Positions 24,416 through 32,270 are shown, counted from the first letter of the stretch. The stretch is DNA of 32,420 nucleotides from an uncultured Candidatus Saccharibacteria bacterium (GCA_964523275.1 CAZFZI010000002.1:3217-35636); one strand, 5' to 3'. Program-made: numbers and translations. The notes: generated by a model from the letters alone, not told the origin.

Positions 24416-24492
24416 TTGGAGATTGTTTTTGTGGTAAATTAAATAATAATGGGTTTGCTAGCGATTTGGCAACAGACCCATAAAAACGAAAA

Positions 24493-25353
24493 ATGGCAAT
24501 AAGAAATAACGGAAACAATGAAGGCGGCAGAATCGGCAATCGCCCGCGCCGCCAAACCAATCATCGTTTCAGAAATAACGCGCGCGCCAATAACGGCAAT
24601 CGCCTGCGGGACGGCAAAGAGGTCTATCTTTCGGTGATTATTCCGGCTTATAACGAAGAATGGCGCTTGGCGCAAACATTGACTGCTGTTGGCGATTATT
24701 TAAAAAATCAGGCCTATTCTTATGAAATTATTGTAGTTAATGACGGCTCCAAGGATAAAACCGCGCAAATCGCGGAGGGGCTGATTGGCAAGGTGGCCAG
24801 ATTGAAACTAATTGACAATCAAAAAAATCGGGGCAAAGGTTTCGTTGTTCGCCAAGGATTGATGGCGGCAAAAGGTCGTGTTCGGCTGTTTATGGATTCG
24901 GATAATTCCGCGCCGATTGAAGAAATTGAAAAATTGTTGCCATATTTTAAAGAAAACTATGGGATTGTGATTGGGTCGCGCCACGCGCTCGGTGCCAAAA
25001 TTGCTTTATCGCAACCATTGTTTCGCCAATTTATGGGATGGGGCTATCGCGTGCTTGCTGATATTTTGGCCGGCACTTGGGGTATTCGCGACACTCAATG
25101 CGGGTTTAAGACGATTACCGCGCCTGTGGCTGTCCAAATTTTACCGCTTTGCAAAATTGACGGCTTTGTGTTTGATGCCGAAATTTTGATGCTGGCAAAA
25201 ATGAAAGGATATCGCGTTGCCGAAGTTGGCGTTGTCTGGAAAAGCGACGCGCGCCACACGGTGGAAATTTCATCAATGTTTAAAATGTTTCTTGACCTTT
25301 TGCGCGTTCGCGCCAATAAAATCAAAGGAATTTATGGAACAAGAACAAAATAA
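24493..25353 (+). CDS. family 2 glycosyltransferase (dolichyl-phosphate glucosyltransferase-like) with Arg/Asn-rich N-terminal extension
   Basis: LSVIIPAYNEE, IIVVNDGSKDKT and DSDNS (DxD) motifs are present. Confidence 0.8.
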   Translation: MAIRNNGNNEGGRIGNRPRRQTNHRFRNNARANNGNRLRDGKEVYLSVIIPAYNEEWRLAQTLTAVGDYLKNQAYSYEIIVVNDGSKDKTAQIAEGLIGKVARLKLIDNQKNRGKGFVVRQGLMAAKGRVRLFMDSDNSAPIEEIEKLLPYFKENYGIVIGSRHALGAKIALSQPLFRQFMGWGYRVLADILAGTWGIRDTQCGFKTITAPVAVQILPLCKIDGFVFDAEILMLAKMKGYRVAEVGVVWKSDARHTVEISSMFKMFLDLLRVRANKIKGIYGTRTK

Positions 25354-26368
25354 ATGCTGTCCGTCGCAATTGCGCTATGATGTTGCTTCCAAAGATTGGG
25401 TGGTGATCGCGCCCGGGCGCGGCAAACCTCCCGAAGCCTACAAACGGCAAAGAGAGATTGTCAAGATGGATTTGGCAAAATGTCCGTTTTGCAATTTGAC
25501 CGTCCAATCCGGCCCGCTTTTGGCGTTTTCCGGCGGCAAGATTGCCGCGGATCAAATGTTGCCAAGCAATTGGACGCTGGCGGTGATTCCCAACAAGTTT
25601 CCGGCGTTTTGCGCCCCCTCCGGCGCTAAAGTTTGCAAGCATAATATCGGCCCGGTTTATCGCTCGGTTGACGCGGTTGGATTTTGCGAATTGGTGATTC
25701 CGCGCGATCATGATTTGCACATCGGCTTGATGGATTTGCCTCAAGTGGAGGAGATTATCACCGCGTATCAATTGCGTTATTTGGAATTGAAAAAATCCAA
25801 ATTTGTGGAATATATCTCAATTTTTCACAATCATGGGGTTGAGGTCGGTGCGTCTCAATCACATCCTCATTCGCAGATCATCACCAGCCCGCTGATTGAC
25901 GTTGATTTGCTTGGCGAGCTGGAAAATTCAAAAAAATACTGGCGCGCGCATAAAAAATGCCTTTCCTGCGCGATGAATGAGTTTGAATTAAAAGATCGCG
26001 CCCGCTTGGTTTACGAGAACGCGGATTTTGCCGCGTTTTGTCCGTTTGCTTCCAAGTCGGCATTTAAGGTGATCATCGCTCCCAAATTCCACTCGCCGCG
26101 GTTTGAAGATATTGATCTGGCGCAAAGAAAAAGCCTCACCCAGATATTGGCGATGGCGATTAAAAAGCTATACAAAGCCTTGGGCGACCCGGCCTATAAT
26201 TTCTATCTGCACACCGCGCCTTGCGACAAAAAAGATTATTCCTATTATCACTGGCATTTGACGATCGTGCCCAAAACCGCGATTATGGCCGGATTTGAAA
26301 TGGGCACCAAGATTGAAATTTCCACCATTGAACCCGAAACTGTCGCCGCCTACCTGCGCGAACAATAG
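25334..26368 (+). CDS. galT: galactose-1-phosphate uridylyltransferase-like (GalT/HIT superfamily) enzyme
   Basis: CPFC zinc motif and the HPHSQ active-site motif are present. The ATG at 25334 overlaps the GT2 gene by 20 nt. Confidence 0.7.
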   Translation: MEQEQNKCCPSQLRYDVASKDWVVIAPGRGKPPEAYKRQREIVKMDLAKCPFCNLTVQSGPLLAFSGGKIAADQMLPSNWTLAVIPNKFPAFCAPSGAKVCKHNIGPVYRSVDAVGFCELVIPRDHDLHIGLMDLPQVEEIITAYQLRYLELKKSKFVEYISIFHNHGVEVGASQSHPHSQIITSPLIDVDLLGELENSKKYWRAHKKCLSCAMNEFELKDRARLVYENADFAAFCPFASKSAFKVIIAPKFHSPRFEDIDLAQRKSLTQILAMAIKKLYKALGDPAYNFYLHTAPCDKKDYSYYHWHLTIVPKTAIMAGFEMGTKIEISTIEPETVAAYLREQ

Positions 26369-26387
26369 CGTTGATGTTAATTACCGG

Positions 26388-26409
26388 ATTACGTAATTGA
26401 TTACGTAAT
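26388..26409. promoter_or_regulatory. two copies of the 10-bp palindrome ATTACGTAAT, 12 bp apart
   Basis: Copies at 26388-26397 and 26400-26409. The second extends to the 12-bp palindrome GATTACGTAATC. This is either a candidate dimer-binding operator or a 9-11-bp hairpin. Confidence 0.4.
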
Positions 26410-26483
26410 CAATTATGTGCCGAGATTGGCGGCTTTCAAGAGACAGGTAAAACATATATTTATTTACGATTTTTGCTTGCTTT

Positions 26484-26492
26484 TGCTAAAAT
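26484..26492 (+). promoter_or_regulatory. extended -10 promoter element (TGcTAAAAT) upstream of the methyltransferase gene
   Basis: TG lies at 26484-26485 and TAAAAT at 26487-26492, 25 nt before the ATG at 26518. The -35 is weak (TTACGA at 26464-26469). Confidence 0.4.
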
Positions 26493-26517
26493 GAAATCAT
26501 AGCGGTTATCAAATTGA

Positions 26518-27672
26518 ATGGATACTGATTTTGCCATTAAAAAAAAGAGTTTGGGGCAGTTTTTTACTACCAACTCCAATTATATTTTGCAAGGATTGGG
26601 AGGTTTTGTCGCGGGGAAAAGGGTGGTTGATCCGTTTGCCGGCAATTGTGAATTATTAAACTGGGTTGAAGGCAACGGAGCCAAAAGTGCAACGGGTTTT
26701 GATTGTGATCAAGATTATGTTGATGGTAAAAAAGTGTTTTATAATGACTCTATTAATGCACCGCGAAATTATGAATTTGTTTGTACCAATCCTCCTTATT
26801 TGCATAAAAACAAGGCATCGCGCGAAATTAAACAAAAATTTTTTTCCGGCGAAAATGCTATTTTTGAAGACTTGTATCAAGTTTCAATTAAATCCATATT
26901 GAACTGCCACGAAGGGATAATTATTGTGCCCTTGAATTTTTTATGCGCGCAAAACTCGCAAAAGGCAAGAGATTTGTTTTTTGAAAAATTCCAAATTGTG
27001 AAATTAAATATCTTTTTGCGGCAAGTTTTTGACGATACCACCTATAACGTTATCGCTTTTTATTTTACAAGGAATCAGGGATTGCCAAAAAATATCGTTG
27101 ACGCGGTGATTTATCCTGAAAATAAAAAAATCAAGCTAACATTTGAAAAAAAATTTGGCTGGCAATTCGGGGGAGAGTTTATCGGTAGAATAAAAGAAAC
27201 TAAAAATAAATTGGGAATTTCTCGATTAACTGAAAATGATATTGATGCCGGAGATTGTGAAGTCCCAATGGCATTGGAAAATATTAAAAACAAAAAAGTT
27301 TTTAAAACAAATCATGATATTAAAAATCTGCTTGATAAAAATATCTTATTTTTGCGCGCGATTGACAGCAAAAACGGTAAAAAAATCCAACTTGAAGATA
27401 TTAGGAAGTATAATATTGCCGGTCTGGTCGGGAAAAGCACTTCGCGGAATATGGCACACCTGCTTTTTCAAAAGGATGTTTCTGTTAAAGAGCAACTTGA
27501 TCTGATGGAATTTTTCAATGAAAGCCTTCAGTTGAACCGAGAAAAATACTTTTCGTTTTTCTTAACAAATTTCAGGGACAATAATCGCAAAAGAATGTCG
27601 TTTGATTTAGCTTACAGGCTTTTGAATCTGATCTACTCTCAAAAATATGAAAACCAATCTTCACTATTTTGA
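26518..27672 (+). CDS. gamma-class N6-adenine DNA methyltransferase (type II R-M M subunit)
   Basis: Motif order is GQFFTT, then VVDPFAGNCELL (AdoMet motif I), then CTNPPYL (motif IV NPPY). The C-terminal half is unassigned and is presumably the target-recognition domain. Confidence 0.8.
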   Translation: MDTDFAIKKKSLGQFFTTNSNYILQGLGGFVAGKRVVDPFAGNCELLNWVEGNGAKSATGFDCDQDYVDGKKVFYNDSINAPRNYEFVCTNPPYLHKNKASREIKQKFFSGENAIFEDLYQVSIKSILNCHEGIIIVPLNFLCAQNSQKARDLFFEKFQIVKLNIFLRQVFDDTTYNVIAFYFTRNQGLPKNIVDAVIYPENKKIKLTFEKKFGWQFGGEFIGRIKETKNKLGISRLTENDIDAGDCEVPMALENIKNKKVFKTNHDIKNLLDKNILFLRAIDSKNGKKIQLEDIRKYNIAGLVGKSTSRNMAHLLFQKDVSVKEQLDLMEFFNESLQLNREKYFSFFLTNFRDNNRKRMSFDLAYRLLNLIYSQKYENQSSLF

Positions 27673-27949
27673 AATATCAAAGAATAATCCGGAGCAATTA
27701 TTGGATGACGCTTATGTTTTTGATGAAAGACATCCTGATTTGGATAAATATATTCAAAACGCAAAAGAGATTAAAAGTATATTAATCACTATTCGCACTT
27801 TGGTTAAAAGCAATGAAAAACGTGAAGTGATTGATAGGTATTTTGGCCAGCTTTCAAAAATAATCGGCAAGCATTCCAACTGTTCGGAATTTGCTTGTTT
27901 TGTTAATGCTTGTGACAATATTATCGCCGATGCGAAAAATGAAATCTGA
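27647..27949 (+). CDS. hypothetical 100-aa protein, possibly the severed N-terminal part of the downstream nuclease
   Basis: The ATG overlaps the MTase 3' end by 26 nt. It is in the same frame as the 27992 ORF, separated only by TGA 27947-27949 and 14 sense codons. Confidence 0.45.
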   Translation: MKTNLHYFEISKNNPEQLLDDAYVFDERHPDLDKYIQNAKEIKSILITIRTLVKSNEKREVIDRYFGQLSKIIGKHSNCSEFACFVNACDNIIADAKNEI

Positions 27950-27991
27950 TTATTAGAGAAAATTGCTGAAAAATATTTCGCGAAAAGAATT

Positions 27992-28579
27992 TTGAATGAG
28001 GCTGTTCCTGAAGAATGGGTGCAGGCGCTGATTGATAAAAATTCATCAAGCAAGAAAGGCAAAAGCGGAGAAAAAAAGCTTGTTAAAATTCTTGAGAAAT
28101 TGGGGTTTGAGGAGGTTTTTGATTGGAATGATTTTAAAATCAAAAAATGTGTTGTAATGAAATTTTCTAAAAGGATTAATTTGAAAAGTGTGCGCAAAAA
28201 TTTGGGAATTAAAATTAAAACTAAAAAACAAAATAAAACATTGGATTTAATTATTAAAGCCCAAAACAAAATTTTTATTTGTGAAGCGAAACATTTGAAT
28301 ACTTCGGGCGGCGCCCAGGATAAGCAGATTTCCGAGTTGATTGAGATAATTGGCTTGAAAGAAAAGAACGGAATTTCCTATGTTGCTTTTTTTGATGGAA
28401 AATATTCTAATATCTTTCTGGGCGGTAGCGGTGGTGGCGATAAAATAACCGCGCAAAGAAAAGAATTGGCCAAATGCCTGCGTGCCAATCCGCAAAATTA
28501 TTGGGTGAATACGTCCGGGTTTGAGGCGTTGTTTTTAGATTTGGCTGAAAGCGCAAACAGTAACGCGATCAGCAAATAA
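27992..28579 (+). CDS. PD-(D/E)xK restriction-endonuclease-like nuclease (TTG start, or C-terminal part of a split gene)
   Basis: TLDLIIKAQNKIFICEAKH gives D-x13-E-x-K. A Glu-containing helix lies upstream (GEKKLVKILEKLGF). It is adjacent to a DNA MTase. Confidence 0.55.
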   Translation: MNEAVPEEWVQALIDKNSSSKKGKSGEKKLVKILEKLGFEEVFDWNDFKIKKCVVMKFSKRINLKSVRKNLGIKIKTKKQNKTLDLIIKAQNKIFICEAKHLNTSGGAQDKQISELIEIIGLKEKNGISYVAFFDGKYSNIFLGGSGGGDKITAQRKELAKCLRANPQNYWVNTSGFEALFLDLAESANSNAISK

Positions 28580-28690
28580 ATTGACGACATTATATAAATT
28601 TAGCTATGGCAAAAAATATAGAATGAAAAATAAAAAAATAACAAAAAAGGTATTCCGAGGTTTGGCGCCAACGTTTGCGTTATCATCCGC

Positions 28691-28745
28691 CGCGAATTCG
28701 TTGAGGTTTCACCTCAAACGCGAATTCTTGAGGTCAAACCTCCAC
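28691..28745. repeat. two tandem units, 28 and 27 nt, each carrying a small hairpin (cgcgaattc(g)ttgaggt-loop-acctc)
   Basis: Unit 1 is 28691-28718 and unit 2 is 28719-28745. Unit 1 plus the start of unit 2 also form a 13-bp bulged inverted repeat: gaattcgttgagg with cctcaa(acg)cgaattc. Confidence 0.6.
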
Positions 28746-28804
28746 AAATTTGCCTCCCGGCGAGAGTTTGTGCGATAAAATAAATAATAAAATAACAAAA
28801 TAAT

Positions 28805-29158
28805 ATGACGAAAAAGCAAAAAATTTGGCTGGTAATTTTTGGCGCAATGTTTTTAATCCCGGAAATCTTGTGGACAGGGACAGTGGGTAAGGCTGTTTAT
28901 TATTGGGTATTGGGCAATAGCGTTAAGGGTGGTATTTTAAGTTTTAATTTATTGGTAATTCCCCAGTCGGCTAATCTTGCCAAATTTATTTATTTAGTTG
29001 AATTTATTGGAATTTTGGGAAGTTTTATTTATATTATTAATTTTTATCATCCAAAAAATAAATTATTAAAATACTTTTTATTGATTCTTCTGGGGTTGTT
29101 ATTGTCTATTGCTTTTTGTTATGTAATGTTTGTTATGAGTTTTGGAAACTTGCCATAA
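28805..29158 (+). CDS. small integral membrane protein (117 aa, about 4 TM)
   Basis: Four hydrophobic stretches are present. The gene is AT-rich. Its stop lies 10 nt before the lipase ATG. Confidence 0.6.
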   Translation: MTKKQKIWLVIFGAMFLIPEILWTGTVGKAVYYWVLGNSVKGGILSFNLLVIPQSANLAKFIYLVEFIGILGSFIYIINFYHPKNKLLKYFLLILLGLLLSIAFCYVMFVMSFGNLP

Positions 29159-29168
29159 AAATAAATTA

Positions 29169-31427
29169 ATGAAATCCGGATTTGAAATTATCCCATTTTT
29201 GTTTATTGCAATGTGTTTATGTGCATACTCTTTTGCGCAAGAACTGCCGGAAATTGTGATTGAGGATGCGGATGCCACCACCACGATTAATTTAGTCGCG
29301 CCGCCAAGTGATTTGTTTGATGCCTCGGAGGTTGACTTACGCTTGCCCAACGAGGCGGTGATTTGTCGCGCGGATGAAAAGATGACCATTGATTTGGCCC
29401 CGCCGCCCGATGATTTGTTTGATGCCTCGGAGGTTGATTTACGCTTGCCCAACGAGGCGGCAGTTTGTCGTGCCGACGAAGTTGTTGTGATTGATCTGAT
29501 CGCGCCGCCGGAGGAATTTTTTGATCCCGCGCCGGAAGTGAAAATTCTATCAAGAACGCCGGTTTTGTTTGTGCCGGGATTATTAAGCACGGAAATTAGA
29601 AACAATGAAGATCTCTTATGGCTAGATTTGGAAAAAGTTTTTTGGTCAACACCTGATGATTTTTTAGACGATCTTTCTTTTCAAAACGATTTAACGCCAT
29701 ATAACGATGCTTTATCATTGGGACAAGTTATAAAGACAAAGATTATCCCATTTTATTGGGATTATGATTACTCGCAAGGGTTGATGGATGAGTTTGCGGG
29801 GCAGGGGTATGATGTCAATGAGGACAGCGGCGAGCAAACTTTCTACACTTTTCCCTATGATTGGCGCTATGGCGCCAGCGGGGTCTATCCAAAACCGGAA
29901 AATACCAGCCAGCGTGATATCACCAACAGTGATTTGTTGGCAGAAAGGATTGGGCAATTGGCGGCAATTTCGCCCATGGGCAAAGTTGATGTGATCGCCC
30001 ACAGTTTGGGCGGGTTGATCGTCAAAAAATATGTTGCACAAATTTCGGAACCCAAGATCAACAAACTGGTGTTTGTGGGCGTGCCCAATTTGGGCGCGCC
30101 GCTTGCCGGCCGGGCGCTGATTCACGGCACTGATTTTGGCGTGTTCGGTCTCAACCCGCAGGAATTGAAAAAAATTTCCCAAAATATGCCCGCGGCCTAT
30201 GATTTATTGCCCAGCCAGGCGTATTTTTCCGCCAAAGGCGCGTGGTTGAGTAAGGTCAAGCCCACGACGGTTTTTGGCATCAACCAAACAAACGAGCAGG
30301 ATTATGTCCAAACACGGATATATTTGGCCGGCGTGGGACTGAACGGCGCGGCAACTCAAAACGCGATTGATTTTCATTCCGAGTTTGATGCAATGCTCGC
30401 GGAAGATTTTTTGGCCAAGGAAATTGATTCCTACAATATTGTTGGTTGCAAATCGGCAACCTTTTCCAATCTGCAGGATTGGGTTAACCCTGACGGCACT
30501 CACAACCATTATGATTTTTTTGACATTGCCAACGGTGATGACACCGTTCCGTTTGAGTCGGCCAATCGCCGGCTGGCAAGCGATGCAAACACTTTGTACG
30601 CGCCGGCCGTCAAGCACGGCCAAATGCCCAGCTTTGACGGCATACGCCAAAAAATAGTTGGCATTATTTCGGGCAACAACATTGCGGTTCCAAACGGAAA
30701 GATTGTTGCTCGGGTGCAATTGCTGGCGGACAACAACTTGTGCCGGCTTTGGGGAACGGCCATCAAAATTGAAAGTCCGCTGGCGATAAAGATCACCGAT
30801 CAGTTTGGCAACATCATTGAGGATGTTGCCGGCATCGGCCCCAAAAACGAAATTCCGGGCGCGGCATTTGAAATTGACGGCGCAAAAAAGTTTGTCTATT
30901 TGCCCCAGGATACCGGCGAGCAATACCAAATTGATTTGCAGGGAACCGGCGATGGGCTTTTCACTCTCACAACGCAAGCGGTCAAAAATGATATTCTTCA
31001 AACGCCGCGGGTTTTTGGCAACATTCCGGTTGGGTTTGAAACACGGGGAATCTTGGAAATTGGCGATCAAGAAACAATTCTAAAAATTAACGCCGGGGGC
31101 AACGGCCCGATTGACCAAACATTCTCGCAAGATGACAATTTGAGCGTTGATGAACTGACAGAAGACTTTGATCGCTATGTTGATCAAGGATTGATAAAAA
31201 AGCCGCAAAGCAAAATTTGGGGAGGTGCTTTGCGAAGCATAAAAAGTTTGCTGGCGGTTTGGCAAAAAAACAAAAACAAGGAAAGTGGCAAATCATCCTT
31301 GGCGTTGGCGCGGGCGGCCAATGAACGGATTGATTCGCTGATCGCGCAGATCGGGGAAGTCCAAGGGGCTGATGCCAAAACCTCCCGATTGTTGATAAAT
31401 TCGCTGGAACGTTTAAAATTAAAATGA
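29169..31427 (+). CDS. secreted LCAT-like (lecithin:cholesterol acyltransferase family) alpha/beta-hydrolase lipase/acyltransferase, 752 aa
   Basis: The signal peptide is MKSGFEIIPFLFIAMCLCAYSFA-QE. PVLFVPGLLSTE, PYDWRYG and the nucleophile elbow AHSLGG are present. Candidate Asp is in GDDTVPF and candidate His in VKHGQMP. The ATG at 29169 is preferred over the TTG at 29142. Confidence 0.75.
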   Translation: MKSGFEIIPFLFIAMCLCAYSFAQELPEIVIEDADATTTINLVAPPSDLFDASEVDLRLPNEAVICRADEKMTIDLAPPPDDLFDASEVDLRLPNEAAVCRADEVVVIDLIAPPEEFFDPAPEVKILSRTPVLFVPGLLSTEIRNNEDLLWLDLEKVFWSTPDDFLDDLSFQNDLTPYNDALSLGQVIKTKIIPFYWDYDYSQGLMDEFAGQGYDVNEDSGEQTFYTFPYDWRYGASGVYPKPENTSQRDITNSDLLAERIGQLAAISPMGKVDVIAHSLGGLIVKKYVAQISEPKINKLVFVGVPNLGAPLAGRALIHGTDFGVFGLNPQELKKISQNMPAAYDLLPSQAYFSAKGAWLSKVKPTTVFGINQTNEQDYVQTRIYLAGVGLNGAATQNAIDFHSEFDAMLAEDFLAKEIDSYNIVGCKSATFSNLQDWVNPDGTHNHYDFFDIANGDDTVPFESANRRLASDANTLYAPAVKHGQMPSFDGIRQKIVGIISGNNIAVPNGKIVARVQLLADNNLCRLWGTAIKIESPLAIKITDQFGNIIEDVAGIGPKNEIPGAAFEIDGAKKFVYLPQDTGEQYQIDLQGTGDGLFTLTTQAVKNDILQTPRVFGNIPVGFETRGILEIGDQETILKINAGGNGPIDQTFSQDDNLSVDELTEDFDRYVDQGLIKKPQSKIWGGALRSIKSLLAVWQKNKNKESGKSSLALARAANERIDSLIAQIGEVQGADAKTSRLLINSLERLKLK
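29286..29543 (+). repeat. 102-bp (34-aa) in-frame tandem repeat, about 2.5 copies, in the lipase N-terminal region
   Basis: I(N/D)L.APP.DLFDASEVDLRLPNEA..CRADE occurs at 29286-29387 and 29388-29489, with a partial third copy. Confidence 0.9.
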
Positions 31428-31442
31428 AATTATAAAAAATCT

Positions 31443-32168
31443 ATGAAATACATCATTGGCAATTGGAAGTGCAATCCGGAAAACAAAATTGAAGCCAAAA
31501 AGATTCTTTTGGGCTATCAAAAGGGGATCAAAAAAAGTTCAAAAACCAAAGTTGCGCTTTGTCCGCCGGCTTGCTATTTGGAATTGGCAAAAGAAGTTTT
31601 GAAGAGCGCGGTTGCTTTGGGCGGGCAAAACTGCCATTGGGAAAACGCGGGCGCGTTCACCGGTGAAATTTCGCCAACACAATTGAAAAATTCCGGCTGC
31701 AACTATGTGATTATCGGGCATTCCGAAAGGAGGCATATTTTTGGAGAAACCGATGGAGCGATCAATAAAAAAATCAAAGCCGCGCTGGCGGCGGGCCTTG
31801 CGCCGATATTTTGCTGCGGCGAAACGCGTGAACAGCGTATTGATGGGCAAATCACCGATATTGTGGAGGCGCAGATTCGGGAGGGGCTCAAAGATGTTGA
31901 CTTGAATTCCGCGCCGGTGATGATTGCCTATGAGCCGGTGTGGGCCATTGGCACGGGGCAGGCATGCGATTCCGACGAGGCCGCGGTGATAAGCCGATTT
32001 GTCAAAAACATTACCAATGAAAAAATCCCCCTGCTTTACGGCGGATCGGTAAGTTCCAAAAATACCGCGTCCTATCTGCGGGAAGCCGGCTATGACGGCC
32101 TGCTGGCGGGCGGCGCGTCCCTTGACCCCAAAGAATTTGCCGCCATCATTGAAGTAGCAAAAGGTTAA
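31443..32168 (+). CDS. tpiA: triosephosphate isomerase
   Basis: IIGNWKCN, IIGHSERR and AYEPVWAIGTG motifs are present. Confidence 0.95.
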   Translation: MKYIIGNWKCNPENKIEAKKILLGYQKGIKKSSKTKVALCPPACYLELAKEVLKSAVALGGQNCHWENAGAFTGEISPTQLKNSGCNYVIIGHSERRHIFGETDGAINKKIKAALAAGLAPIFCCGETREQRIDGQITDIVEAQIREGLKDVDLNSAPVMIAYEPVWAIGTGQACDSDEAAVISRFVKNITNEKIPLLYGGSVSSKNTASYLREAGYDGLLAGGASLDPKEFAAIIEVAKG

Positions 32169-32211
32169 GCAATTTCTGCTGTTGAATCAAATTTCAACAA
32201 AAATATATATT

Positions 32212-32250
32212 AACTATTCCAATATTCTGCAGAATACCAGAATAGTTTTG
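32212..32250 (+). terminator. CTGCAG-centred hairpin 1 downstream of tpiA
   Basis: An outer 8-bp stem (32212-32219 / 32240-32247) and an inner 6-bp stem surround a 3x3 internal loop of A:C mismatches. It is followed by tttt. Confidence 0.4.
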
Positions 32251-32270
32251 TCCTGGATGCGGTTAGCGGA

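Noticed and set aside
27947-27949. TGA might be recoded as a sense codon, as in genetic code 25 or 4.
   Set aside because: TGA terminates rpsJ (11019-11021), rplP (16102-16104), rplE (18219-18221) and the lipase gene (31425-31427) at the positions expected from conserved protein ends. TGA is therefore a stop in this genome.
28581-28778. A 65-aa ORF between the nuclease and the membrane-protein gene.
   Set aside because: It lies across the nested inverted and direct repeats. It has no SD, and its basic low-complexity product looks like an accidental frame.
30204-31070. A 288-aa minus-strand ORF. There are also smaller antisense ORFs in fusA (7195-7773, 8254-8778) and in galT (25322-25771).
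   Set aside because: Each is antisense to a gene with strong motif support. Their composition is the mirror image of the sense frame, and no start signals are present.
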